Assembly (NCBI GenBank): GCA_017615125.1
Contig: JAGAAS010000017.1
Location: 6,008-70,007, forward strand
Length of the DNA stretch: 64,000 nucleotides
Reading direction: 5' to 3'
DNA from: Bacteroidaceae bacterium
GTDB lineage: Bacteria; Bacteroidota; Bacteroidia; Bacteroidales; Bacteroidaceae
Shown here: positions 54,721-63,766 of the stretch, in pieces
Layout of the letters: every line of letters begins with the position of its first letter
How positions within the stretch are numbered: position 1 is the stretch's first letter
Position numbers and translations under genes: made by a program
Notes under the pieces: generated by a model
The model's database searches: none
Seen by the model: only the letters and a program-made list of their open reading frames with translations
What the model was told of the DNA's origin: nothing

Positions 54721-57197
54721 GATTCCTTCTCAGGCAATTTAGCAGAAAGATCTACGGGGTTGTTCACTTTCTCGGGCAACAGCGCTATTCTCCAAACCTC
54801 CCTTATATCATCGACATAATGGAAGGTAAGCCCCTGTAAGTACAAAGGTTGGATCTCGCTGATATTACGTTGGTTTTCCTTGCAAAGGATAATATCAGTA
54901 ATGCCGGCACGCTTGGCAGCAAGTATCTTCTCCTTGATTCCGCCGACGGGAAGTACTTTCCCTCGCAAGGTAATCTCGCCCGTCATAGCCAGATTGGGGC
55001 GAACCTTGCGCTGCGTGAAGGCAGAAGCCAAAGCCGTTGCCATCGTGATGCCTGCCGACGGACCGTCTTTCGGTATAGCCCCCTCGGGCACGTGGAGATG
55101 GATATTCCAATTCTCAAACACCGTAGGATCTATATCAAGAAACGCAGCATGAGCTTTCACGTATTCCAACGCAATCGTTGCCGATTCCTTCATCACATCG
55201 CCCAAGTTACCCGTCAACGTAAGCTTTCCACCCTTTCCTTTGGAAAGACTCGTCTCAATGAAGAGGATTTCACCTCCTACTGCCGTCCACGCAAGTCCCG
55301 TAACGACACCAGCATAGTTATTTCCCTCATATCTGTCGCGGCTGTACTCTTGTACACCTAAAAGTTGAGGAATTTGCTTGGCTCGGATGCTTCCGTGAAA
55401 AGACGAAGCGCCATCTCGGGCAATTTCGTATGCTATTCTGCGGCAAATCTTTCCTATCTTCTTATCCAGTTCACGCACGCCGGATTCTCGGGTGTAATTC
55501 TCGATTATCAGCTCTAAAGCAGGCTTTGAAAGAGAGAAATATCTCTTGGGAATTCCGTTTTCCTCTATCTGCTTGCGAACAAGGTGATGAGAGGCTATCT
55601 CAACCTTCTCTTCTGTCAGATATCCGCTCATTTCGATGAGTTCCATACGATCGAGCAAAGGAGCCGGAATCGTATTCAGGTTATTAGCCGTAGCAATGAA
55701 CATTACATGCGACAAATCGAAGTCCACATCCAAAAAATTGTCGTGGAAAGCGCTGTTCTGTTCGGGATCAAGCACTTCGAGCAAAGCCGACGATGGGTCT
55801 CCCTGATTCGTCATCTGGCTGATTTTGTCCACCTCGTCCAAGATGAAGACAGGATTTGACGAGCCAGCCTTCTGCAAACCTTTAATGATACGCCCAGGCA
55901 TAGCTCCGATATATGTCTTGCGGTGTCCGCGGATTTCTGCCTCGTCATGAACTCCGCCAAGTGAGATTCGGACATATTTCCTTCCCAATGCATCGGCAAT
56001 GGATTTACCGAGAGAAGTCTTTCCCACGCCCGGAGGGCCATAAAGGCAGATTATCGGCGACTTCATGTTTCCACGCAGCTTGAGCACAGCCAGATGTTCT
56101 ATGATACGCTCCTTAACCTTGTCAAGCCCATAGTGGTCACGGTCAAGGATACGTTGCGCATTATTCATGTCGAGGTTATCGTCGGTATATTCGTTCCAGG
56201 GCAGACTCAGCATCGTCTGCAGGTAGTTGAGCTGGACGTTATAGTCCGGCGACTGGGGATTGGTGCGCTCCAGTTTCTGAACCTCCTTTTCAAAGATGGC
56301 AGCCACATCGTCGTTCCAACGTTTCTTCGCTGCCTTTGAACGCATTTCCTCTATATCCTGATCCTGCACGCTGCCACCCAGTTCATCCTGGATGTTCTTC
56401 ATCTGCTGCATCAAGAAGTACTCGCGTTGCTGCTGGTCGATCTCCTCCTTAGTGCGCATCTGAATGTTCTGTTTCAACTCAGAAAGCTGCACTTCGCGGT
56501 TGAGAATAGAAAGCAGATGAATAGCACGCTCTTGCAATGAGTTTTCCTGCAAAAGCTGCATCTTCTCCCGAATCTCAAAAGGAAGGTTCGTGCAAATATA
56601 GTTGACAATGAAGATACCATTGTGGATATTCTTCAGAGCGAAGGAAGTGTCCTGCTGAGTGTCAGCATTCAAGCGTGCGTACTTTATGCCCAAGTCCTTG
56701 CAGTTGTCAACGATAGCACGGAACTCACGACTGTCCTTTGCCGGCAGTTCCTCACGGAGCGGTTCCACTATGCCCGTCAGATAGGGGCGACGCTTCACCA
56801 ACTCGCGCAGCCTCACCCTTTGCATACCCTGAAGGATAACCGTCGTAGTCTGGTCAGGCATCTCAAACACGCGCACTACACGTGCCGCCGTTCCGATATC
56901 GTATAGGTCGTTCTCTGTCGGGCTTTCCGTCTCAGGAGATTTCTGGCAAAGTACGGCAATAGCCGACTCTTTCTTATAGGCATCACGCACCAGCCTCAAC
57001 GAACTGACGCGCCCAACCGTAACAGGCATTACCGTCCCGGGAAACAGCACCATGTTGCGTAAAGGCAACACGGGCATCTGCGAGTCAAACTCGCCGCCAT
57101 TGAATAAGTTTTCTTCGTTCCCTTCAAAGTCAGCTATCATGGAGAATGACTCCCCTTCTCCCCCGCTGCTCAACATATCTATCTCGAATCTTTTCAT
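54717..57197 (-). CDS. lon: Endopeptidase La (Lon protease)
   Basis: 826 aa with Walker [10 protein letters not shown] and catalytic [11 protein letters not shown]. 4-nt overlap with the tgt start. Confidence 0.95.
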   Translation of the reverse strand: MKRFEIDMLSSGGEGESFSMIADFEGNEENLFNGGEFDSQMPVLPLRNMVLFPGTVMPVTVGRVSSLRLVRDAYKKESAIAVLCQKSPETESPTENDLYDIGTAARVVRVFEMPDQTTTVILQGMQRVRLRELVKRRPYLTGIVEPLREELPAKDSREFRAIVDNCKDLGIKYARLNADTQQDTSFALKNIHNGIFIVNYICTNLPFEIREKMQLLQENSLQERAIHLLSILNREVQLSELKQNIQMRTKEEIDQQQREYFLMQQMKNIQDELGGSVQDQDIEEMRSKAAKKRWNDDVAAIFEKEVQKLERTNPQSPDYNVQLNYLQTMLSLPWNEYTDDNLDMNNAQRILDRDHYGLDKVKERIIEHLAVLKLRGNMKSPIICLYGPPGVGKTSLGKSIADALGRKYVRISLGGVHDEAEIRGHRKTYIGAMPGRIIKGLQKAGSSNPVFILDEVDKISQMTNQGDPSSALLEVLDPEQNSAFHDNFLDVDFDLSHVMFIATANNLNTIPAPLLDRMELIEMSGYLTEEKVEIASHHLVRKQIEENGIPKRYFSLSKPALELIIENYTRESGVRELDKKIGKICRRIAYEIARDGASSFHGSIRAKQIPQLLGVQEYSRDRYEGNNYAGVVTGLAWTAVGGEILFIETSLSKGKGGKLTLTGNLGDVMKESATIALEYVKAHAAFLDIDPTVFENWNIHLHVPEGAIPKDGPSAGITMATALASAFTQRKVRPNLAMTGEITLRGKVLPVGGIKEKILAAKRAGITDIILCKENQRNISEIQPLYLQGLTFHYVDDIREVWRIALLPEKVNNPVDLSAKLPEKES

Positions 57198-57380
57198 AAT
57201 CTGCGAAATTTCGTGCGAAGTTACGGCAAAACCTCCGCATCACAAAGTATTTTTTAAGTTTTTAGCTTTTTTAGAATCTCAGAAACAACTTAAATAGAAT
57301 TCATATCCAATCATATCATTTTTCGGAAGGAAATAGCTCGAAAACTTGCCATATTATTTGCTTTGTCGCTCAGCCCTTCC

Positions 57381-57388
57381 TATCTTTG
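57381..57388 (+). promoter_or_regulatory. -7 box TATCTTTG immediately before the polysaccharide-export gene
   Basis: Exact TAnnTTTG ending 4 nt before the ATG at 57393. This implies either a leaderless mRNA or use of the downstream Met at 57429. Confidence 0.4.
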
Positions 57389-57392
57389 CAGC

Positions 57393-58205
57393 ATGAAAAC
57401 TTCTTCCGCACATACTCGCTTCCTTCGAATGGCTCTGATACTTGTTACGGTACCTATCGTAATGTCAAGCTGCACAGCTCACCAGAAAACAGCTTACCTG
57501 CAGAACATTTCGGAGCATTCGACGATGACACACTCGGAACGCTATGAAGTCAAAATCCAACCCTTTGACCGACTCTACATAACTGCGTTCAGCGAAGGAA
57601 GCTCTACCGTAGAGGCTTTCAACATTCTTGAAAACACCCCCATCAATTCAAGGAACACGATTTTTTCCTCAAGGCGTCCTGTTGAGTATATTGTTGACGC
57701 AGAGGGATACATCCATCTTCCTCTATTGGGGCGCACAAAGGTTGACGGAAAATCCGTCGGAGAACTGGAAGAGTTCATTGCCAACGAACTGATAAAAGAG
57801 CATTACAAGGAACGTCCTATCGTTACTGTCAGACTCTACGCTTTTTCTTACACTCTCCTAGGCGATGTGGCATCACCTGGCGTTTATTATTCTGACGTCG
57901 ACCATCTTAATTTGTTCGAAGCCTTAGCAAGAGCCGGAGATATGACCATCTTCGGCAAGCGCGACAACGTGAAGATTATCCGCGAATACCCAGACGGTAC
58001 AAAGGCTATCGGTACTATTGACATCACCTCTCCAGACATCACCGACTCTCCATTCTTCAACATCCAGCAAGACGACATCATCTATGTTGAGCCCAACTCA
58101 GCCAAGTCACACAACGCGGACTTTGGCAGTTCGGCACACCTCTGGATTCGCGGTGTCTCTATCGCCATTTCCATTGCTGCCTTGATTTGCAGAATCGTAT
58201 TATAA
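57393..58205 (+). CDS. Polysaccharide biosynthesis/export protein (Wza-like, Poly_export plus SLBB), lipoprotein
   Basis: Lipobox VMSSC. YIVDAEGYIHLPLLGRTKVDGKSVGELE and VTLLGDVASPGVYY blocks. Start uncertain among 57363, 57393 and 57429. Confidence 0.8.
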   Translation: MKTSSAHTRFLRMALILVTVPIVMSSCTAHQKTAYLQNISEHSTMTHSERYEVKIQPFDRLYITAFSEGSSTVEAFNILENTPINSRNTIFSSRRPVEYIVDAEGYIHLPLLGRTKVDGKSVGELEEFIANELIKEHYKERPIVTVRLYAFSYTLLGDVASPGVYYSDVDHLNLFEALARAGDMTIFGKRDNVKIIREYPDGTKAIGTIDITSPDITDSPFFNIQQDDIIYVEPNSAKSHNADFGSSAHLWIRGVSIAISIAALICRIVL

Positions 58206-58217
58206 ACACACAACATC

Positions 58218-58445
58218 ATGAAAACAAAAGAAGAACCCTTAATCGTAATTGCCACTTGCAACGATTTGTTCAATGCGAACATCATCGCTGGAAAACTGGA
58301 AGCCGAAGGCATCAACACTCTCATCAAGAACTGTTCTGTTACCGCCTGCCAGTCTTCTCCCTACGATGCCGTAACGGGAGAATTTGAGGTGTACGTGCTC
58401 GAATCAGACAAGGAGAAGGCCGAAGCCATTCTAAACGCTGACTAA
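58218..58445 (+). CDS. DUF2007-like small protein
   Basis: 75 aa. The pattern (IATCNDLFNANIIAGKLEAEGI...VYVLESDKEKAEAIL) resembles the putative signal-transducing DUF2007 fold. Confidence 0.6.
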   Translation: MKTKEEPLIVIATCNDLFNANIIAGKLEAEGINTLIKNCSVTACQSSPYDAVTGEFEVYVLESDKEKAEAILNAD

Positions 58446-58475
58446 GATTTCGAGTAGGCCTATTCACAGAAGGAA

Positions 58476-58506
58476 AAGAGGAGGTTTTGCCCTCCTCTTT
58501 TTTTCT
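58476..58506. terminator. Rho-independent terminator between convergent DUF2007 and htpG genes
   Basis: AGAGGAGG-ttttgc-CCTCCTCT followed by TTTTTTT. Confidence 0.75.
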
Positions 58507-58525
58507 TTATGGGCCACTTCTTCTT

Positions 58526-60580
58526 TTATTTTATCATCTCGACGCTACGCTGAACGAAATGCGCAAGGGCTTCTCCCTTCAGCATGCCGTTCTGCAGCAA
58601 CGCTAGGTCGATAAGCTGGTGCACGGTATTGTTCTTCGAGGCGAATCCGGCAAGAATCTCCTCACGCTCGTGCCTGATAGCATCCATTCGCTTCGTAGCC
58701 GTTTCCTTTTCTTCCTTCTCGGGAATGGGAATTTCCTCGTCCTTCTTGTCTTTGTGAGCGGCTTCAAGCTCTTCTTTGCGTACTCGCAGAGCATCGTTCT
58801 CGTCCAGAAGCGTTTTCAGCTGCGCAGCGCACTCTTTCTCCTCCGACTCCATCACTCCCTTCACGAGCGGATGGTCGGCATTGACGACAACCGTATACAT
58901 ATCGGGCATCTCGCCGTAGAATCCCATCCCTGCCTGTATCTGAGCCATCTCCTTCATACGACGCATATATTCGCTCTGCGTTATCATGACAGGAGCGGCT
59001 GTTTCGCCCAGGCTTGCTGTCTCCACATGGAATTCCGTCTTTTCCTGCTTGGGCATCTGGCTTTCAAACATGTGCGACAGGCAGAAACGCTTGTCGGCAT
59101 CCAATTCCTTTTTCTCGGGCTCTTCCTTTACAATAAGCCTGTCGATGACATCAGCGTCGACGCGCGAGAAGCGGCACTTCTCGAACTTGCGCTCCAGCAT
59201 GCTGATGACGGCGACATCAAGTTGCCCGTCCATCAGCAGCACGCTATAGCCCTTTGACTCAGCGGCTTCTATCCAGGTGTACTGCTCCTGCTTATTGCCA
59301 GCATAGAGGTACACGAGGTTTCCGTCCTTGTCGGTCTGATTGTCCTTGATGAGCGTCTTGTACTCCTCGAAGGTGAAGTATTTGTCGTTGGTATCCTTCA
59401 GGAGTGCATACTTTTCCGCTTTTTCGTAGAAGTCCTCTTCCGTCAGCATACCGTAGTTGATGAAGATCTTCAGGTTATCCCATTTCTCTTCAAACTCCTT
59501 GCGGTTATCCTTGAAGATGGACTGCAGGCGATCGCTCACCTTCTTGGTGATGTACGAGGAAATCTTCTTTACGTTCGCATCGCTCTGCAGATAGCTACGG
59601 CTAACGTTGAGCGGGATGTCGGGCGAGTCAATTACTCCGTGCAGCAGCGTCAGGAAGTCAGGAACAATGCCTTCTACCTGGTCGGTGACGAACACTTGGT
59701 TGCAGAAGAGCTGGATTTTGTTTCGCTGCAGCTCGATGCTGTTCTTCACGCGGGGGAAGTAGAGCACACCTGTCAGGTGGAACGGATAATCCACGTTCAG
59801 ATGTATCCAGAAGAGCGGCTCGTCGGCCATCGGATAGAGCTCGCGGTAGAACTTCTTGTAGTCCTCGTCCTTCAGCTCGCTGGGCGTACGAGTCCACAGG
59901 GGCGTGGTGTCGTTGATGATATTGTCCTCGTCGGTCTCCACCTGCTTGCCGTCCTTCCATTCCTTTTTCTTGCCAAAGGCAATGGGCACGGGGAGGAAGC
60001 GGCAGTACTTGTTGAGAAGTTCCGACAACTTGGACTCCTCGAGGAACTCCTTGCAGTCGTCATCAATGTGGAGGATGATGTCCGTTCCGCGCTCCTCTTT
60101 CTCACATTCCTTCATCGTAAACTCAGGATTGCCTTCGCACGACCAATGAACTGGCTTGGCGTCCTCCTTGTACGAGCGAGTGACAATCTCCACCCGCTTC
60201 GATACCATGAAGGCAGAATAGAATCCCAGTCCGAAGTGTCCGATGATGGCATTTGCATCGTCCTTGTACTTCTCGAGGAAGTCGTTTGCGCCCGAAAACG
60301 CTATCTGGTTGATGTACTTCTCGATCTCTTCGGCAGTCATTCCGATGCCTTTGTCGCTAACCGTGATGGTTCCTGCCTTCTTGTCGAGGCCGATGTGGAT
60401 GGTCAGATCGCCCGGCTCACCCTTGAAATCGCCTTTCAGCTGCAGCGTCTTCAACTTCTGCGTGGCATCGATGGCATTCGAAACTATCTCACGAAGAAAT
60501 ATCTCGTGATCACTATAAAGGAACTTTTTGATGACGGGGAAGATGTTCTCTGTCGTAACCCCGATATTACCTTTCTGCAT
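58526..60580 (-). CDS. htpG: Molecular chaperone HtpG (Hsp90)
   Basis: 684 aa. N-terminal ATPase signature EIFLREIVSNAIDA and GHFGLGFYSAFMV. Confidence 0.95.
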   Translation of the reverse strand: MQKGNIGVTTENIFPVIKKFLYSDHEIFLREIVSNAIDATQKLKTLQLKGDFKGEPGDLTIHIGLDKKAGTITVSDKGIGMTAEEIEKYINQIAFSGANDFLEKYKDDANAIIGHFGLGFYSAFMVSKRVEIVTRSYKEDAKPVHWSCEGNPEFTMKECEKEERGTDIILHIDDDCKEFLEESKLSELLNKYCRFLPVPIAFGKKKEWKDGKQVETDEDNIINDTTPLWTRTPSELKDEDYKKFYRELYPMADEPLFWIHLNVDYPFHLTGVLYFPRVKNSIELQRNKIQLFCNQVFVTDQVEGIVPDFLTLLHGVIDSPDIPLNVSRSYLQSDANVKKISSYITKKVSDRLQSIFKDNRKEFEEKWDNLKIFINYGMLTEEDFYEKAEKYALLKDTNDKYFTFEEYKTLIKDNQTDKDGNLVYLYAGNKQEQYTWIEAAESKGYSVLLMDGQLDVAVISMLERKFEKCRFSRVDADVIDRLIVKEEPEKKELDADKRFCLSHMFESQMPKQEKTEFHVETASLGETAAPVMITQSEYMRRMKEMAQIQAGMGFYGEMPDMYTVVVNADHPLVKGVMESEEKECAAQLKTLLDENDALRVRKEELEAAHKDKKDEEIPIPEKEEKETATKRMDAIRHEREEILAGFASKNNTVHQLIDLALLQNGMLKGEALAHFVQRSVEMIK

Positions 60581-60609
60581 ACGTTTTATAGATGTTTTGA
60601 TATGTTTTC

Positions 60610-60725
60610 TCCAATAAAATTTTTTCTTTCTACATCTCGCCGTATGAAGAAAGAAAAAAAATTTTTCCCTTCTCGAAAAAAATTTATTCTTTCTTCATAT
60701 TTCTTTCTCCTTTGTCGATTCTGCA
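60610..60725. repeat. Intergenic mosaic repeat family, copy 8
   Basis: Holds the core 60634-60682, which matches 36785-36832 apart from one extra terminal A. Lies in the divergent htpG/patatin control region. Confidence 0.8.
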
Positions 60726-60860
60726 AACAGCATGCCACAGCGGCAAGGCTGACAAAATGTCGCATCCATTTTCCTTGAAGTCCACAACGGGAAGACAGAA
60801 GGAACAATACGAGCACGAAGAAAAAAAAGGCGTTCCCTTTTGCTTCTGACAATTATTACT

Positions 60861-60868
60861 TATCTTTG
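60861..60868 (+). promoter_or_regulatory. -7 box TATCTTTG upstream of the patatin-like gene
   Basis: Exact TAnnTTTG, 23 bp before the ATG at 60891. It lies inside the TTG-extended track ORF, which argues against that extension. Confidence 0.5.
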
Positions 60869-60890
60869 CTGCTCAATACCAAAGCACCCG

Positions 60891-63218
60891 ATGAAACGAC
60901 TCCTCACCCTCCTGCCGATATGGCTCTGCCTCCTCGCCTGCCCCGCGCAAGCGCAGAAGGTAGGCCTCGTCCTCAGCGGAGGAGGAGCAAAGGGCATCAC
61001 GCACGTAGGCGTCATCCACGCGCTGGAGGACAACGGCATCCCCATCGACTACATTACTGGAACATCCATTGGTGCTGTCGTCGGCTCGCTCTATGCCGTC
61101 GGCTACTCGCCCGAGGAGATGATGGACTTCTTCACCTCCCCCGAATTCAACAAGTACTATACCGGAAGCATCGACGAGGGAAACATCTATTATATAAAGA
61201 AGAACGACCCCACGCCCGAGTTCCTCAACGTGCGCACTCACATTCGTGGCGACTCCATCAACTTTGCCACATCCCTCCCCACGCACCTCATCAATCCCAT
61301 CTACCTCAACTTGGTAACGATGGAGATGTTCTGCGCGCCGACGGCTGCCTGCGAAGGCGATTTTGACAAGCTTTTCGTCCCCTTCCGCTGCGTGGCTTCC
61401 AACGTCTACGAAAAGACGCCCATCACCTTCAGCAAAGGCGACTTGGCAACAGCCGTCAAGGCGTCGATGGCCTTCCCCTTCGTGTTCAAGCCTGTCAACG
61501 TCGACGGGGACCTCGCCTTCGACGGAGGTATTTACAACAACTTTCCCGCTGACGTGATGACGGAAGACTTCCATCCCGACTTCATCGTCGGTAGCAACGT
61601 TTCGCAAAAAGAGGAGCGCCCCGACCCCGACGATATTGTCTCGCAGATTTCCACCCTCATCCGCAACAGAAACACGTATGAGCCCCCCGATTCGAACAGC
61701 ATCGTCCTTCGTTTCGACCTTAGCGACGAAGTGGGACTCCTTGACTTCAACAAAGCGTGGCAGCTTCATGACTTAGGCTACGAGATTACCTCGAGAGCCA
61801 TAAGCAGGATTCGCGATCATGTGTCTCGCGAGGCTGATGTCGACTCCCTCAACCGTCGGCGTCAGGAATGGAGGGACTCGCTCCCGCCTGTCGTCTTCCG
61901 CAACATCTTCGTGCGCGGAACGAAATCCAACCAGCGCCGCTATCTTACTAACGAGATACGCACAGCGGGGCACACATTCTTCACCCTCGGCGAGTTCCGG
62001 CGCGGGTATTTCCGGCTCTTGTCCGACAACACCATTACCGAGATTCGCCCCACAGCTATCTACCGCCCTCACGACCATACGTTCGACCTCGACCTCGACG
62101 TATCTATGGACGAGAGCCTGATGCTGATGCTCGGCGGCGCCTTCTCCACAAGCAGCATCAACCAGATTTACTACGGAATCTACTACAATCATCTGGGGCG
62201 CAGCTCGCTGGAGCTGCAGCTCGATGGGCAGGTAGGACAAATCTACAACAATGTCCAGCTGATGTCGCGCGTCAACGTTCCCAGCGAGGTGCCTATGTCG
62301 TTCCGCCTGCTTGCTGCCTTCTCCACTATCGACTATCACAGGCAAGACTACCTCTTCGTACGCTCCGCGTCGTCGTCTGCCTTGAACCGCGAAACGGAAG
62401 CCTTCGCCAAACTGAAGTGCGCCCTTCCCTTCATGACGCAGCAGAAGGCGGAAATCGGCGTAGGATACGGGCATATCACCGACAGCTACGTCCCGGGAGC
62501 TACCATCGACCTGAACAATCCCATCTACGATACGAATACCTACGACCTTCTTGGGGGCACGCTCTTCTTCGGAAAGAATTCGCTCAACAGCCCTCAGTAC
62601 GCCACTCGCGGGCAGTCGCAATACCTGCTGGCGCAGATATTCACGGGAAGGAGCGTTTATCTTCCCGGCATCTGGAACCGTACAGCGCAAGCCGACGACG
62701 AAGCGGCAAGCCAGCGGAGCAGGATTAGCTGGCTGCAGATTCTCTTCAAGGATCAGCGCTACCTGCCTCTACGGGGGAAGTTCGTTCTCGGCACTTACGC
62801 CGAAGGGTTCTTCTCGTCGCGCGACTTTGCCCAGACATTCACAGCAACAATGATGCAGGCAAATGCCTTTGCTCCCACGCCCTCGATGACTTTCGTCTAC
62901 GATCCTTACTTCCGAGCCGACAAGTATATGGCTGCGGGACTCGTCCCCATCTACAAGATAAACAACGTTTTCCAGCTTCGCCTCGAGGGATATGTGTTCT
63001 CGCCCCTCCGCCCTATCTTGCAGGCAGATGACAATACGGCACACTACGGGACGTATTTCGGACGAATAGGGCACATCGAAGAGCTCTCCATCGCGGGACA
63101 ATACTCCACTATCGCCTTCTCGGGATATCTCCACCACAGCAGCTCTCCTGCCAATCCTTGGACGGCAGGCATCACCGTCGGCTGGCAGCTCTTCAACACC
63201 CGCTTCATTGAGCGATAG
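60891..63218 (+). CDS. Patatin-like phospholipase with a C-terminal outer-membrane beta-barrel-like domain
   Basis: 775 aa from MKRLLTLLPIWLCLLA. Motifs are oxyanion LSGGGAKG, nucleophile GTSIGA and DGG (AFDGGIYNN). A long Tyr/Gly/Phe-rich C-terminal half ends ...QLFNTRFIER. Confidence 0.85.
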   Translation: MKRLLTLLPIWLCLLACPAQAQKVGLVLSGGGAKGITHVGVIHALEDNGIPIDYITGTSIGAVVGSLYAVGYSPEEMMDFFTSPEFNKYYTGSIDEGNIYYIKKNDPTPEFLNVRTHIRGDSINFATSLPTHLINPIYLNLVTMEMFCAPTAACEGDFDKLFVPFRCVASNVYEKTPITFSKGDLATAVKASMAFPFVFKPVNVDGDLAFDGGIYNNFPADVMTEDFHPDFIVGSNVSQKEERPDPDDIVSQISTLIRNRNTYEPPDSNSIVLRFDLSDEVGLLDFNKAWQLHDLGYEITSRAISRIRDHVSREADVDSLNRRRQEWRDSLPPVVFRNIFVRGTKSNQRRYLTNEIRTAGHTFFTLGEFRRGYFRLLSDNTITEIRPTAIYRPHDHTFDLDLDVSMDESLMLMLGGAFSTSSINQIYYGIYYNHLGRSSLELQLDGQVGQIYNNVQLMSRVNVPSEVPMSFRLLAAFSTIDYHRQDYLFVRSASSSALNRETEAFAKLKCALPFMTQQKAEIGVGYGHITDSYVPGATIDLNNPIYDTNTYDLLGGTLFFGKNSLNSPQYATRGQSQYLLAQIFTGRSVYLPGIWNRTAQADDEAASQRSRISWLQILFKDQRYLPLRGKFVLGTYAEGFFSSRDFAQTFTATMMQANAFAPTPSMTFVYDPYFRADKYMAAGLVPIYKINNVFQLRLEGYVFSPLRPILQADDNTAHYGTYFGRIGHIEELSIAGQYSTIAFSGYLHHSSSPANPWTAGITVGWQLFNTRFIER

Positions 63219-63415
63219 GCAACGAAAGGAGGCTTCTTTGACAATTCCTTTCTGAATATCTTGCGCCTTTTTGTCTCCGTCAAAAGGACGAGAAGTGTGC
63301 TTCCGAAAAGCGGCACGATGCCGAATTTCTGTCAGTATAAGGGCGAAGAAAGGGAAAAGAAGCGCTCGAAAGTAAAAAAACGCCCGAAAAATTTGCAGCG
63401 TAAAAAAATAGCATG

Positions 63416-63423
63416 TACCTTTG
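63416..63423 (+). promoter_or_regulatory. -7 box TACCTTTG upstream of tRNA-Arg
   Basis: Exact TAnnTTTG ending 24 nt before tRNA position 1. Confidence 0.5.
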
Positions 63424-63447
63424 CAGCGCTTTCTTCGAAAGAAGGAC

Positions 63448-63521
63448 GGCTCCTTAGCTCAACTGAATAGAGCATCTGACTACGGATCAGAAGGTTGAGG
63501 GTTTGAATCCCCCAGGAGTCA
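63448..63521 (+). tRNA. tRNA-Arg (anticodon ACG), 74 nt, no encoded CCA
   Basis: Manual cloverleaf. Acceptor GGCTCCT/AGGAGTC (one G-U), D stem GCTC/GAGC, anticodon stem TCTGA/TCAGA with loop CTACGGA, 5-nt variable loop, T arm GAGGG-TTTGAAT-CCCCC, discriminator A. Confidence 0.8.
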
Positions 63522-63527
63522 CGAAGG

Positions 63528-63590
63528 AAAACTGATATCCAGCTTGCGCAAAGAGACCTTTGACTGCTGAATATCAGTTTTTCTTTTGTC
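63528..63590 (+). terminator. Long hairpin plus T-run after tRNA-Arg
   Basis: AAAACTGATAT (63528-63538) pairs with ATATCAGTTTT (63571-63581), with an inner 4-bp extension. Followed by TTCTTTTG. Confidence 0.55.
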
Positions 63591-63766
63591 TCTGCCGAAA
63601 GGAAAGCAATCTATCGTGCCTGCCCAACAAACGAAAAGCATCGGAAAGCTATCGGCAACGAGCCGAAGTCAACAAACAGTCCTCCGAAGATGATTTTTCA
63701 TCTGCGGAGGACTATATATAATAAGGTATAAGGAAACCGCCCGTTGGGCCTGCTTCCCCTCCCCGC

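Noticed and set aside
4745-60725. Possibility that the recurring repeats are a CRISPR array
   Set aside because: The copies are kilobases apart, separated by genes, occur in both orientations and have variable module order. There is no regular repeat-spacer periodicity and there are no cas genes.
59639-62690. 379-aa plus ORF (59639..60778) and the 298- and 305-aa minus ORFs (60873..61769 and 61773..62690)
   Set aside because: They are antisense to htpG and to the patatin-like gene. The first also reads through repeat copy 8.
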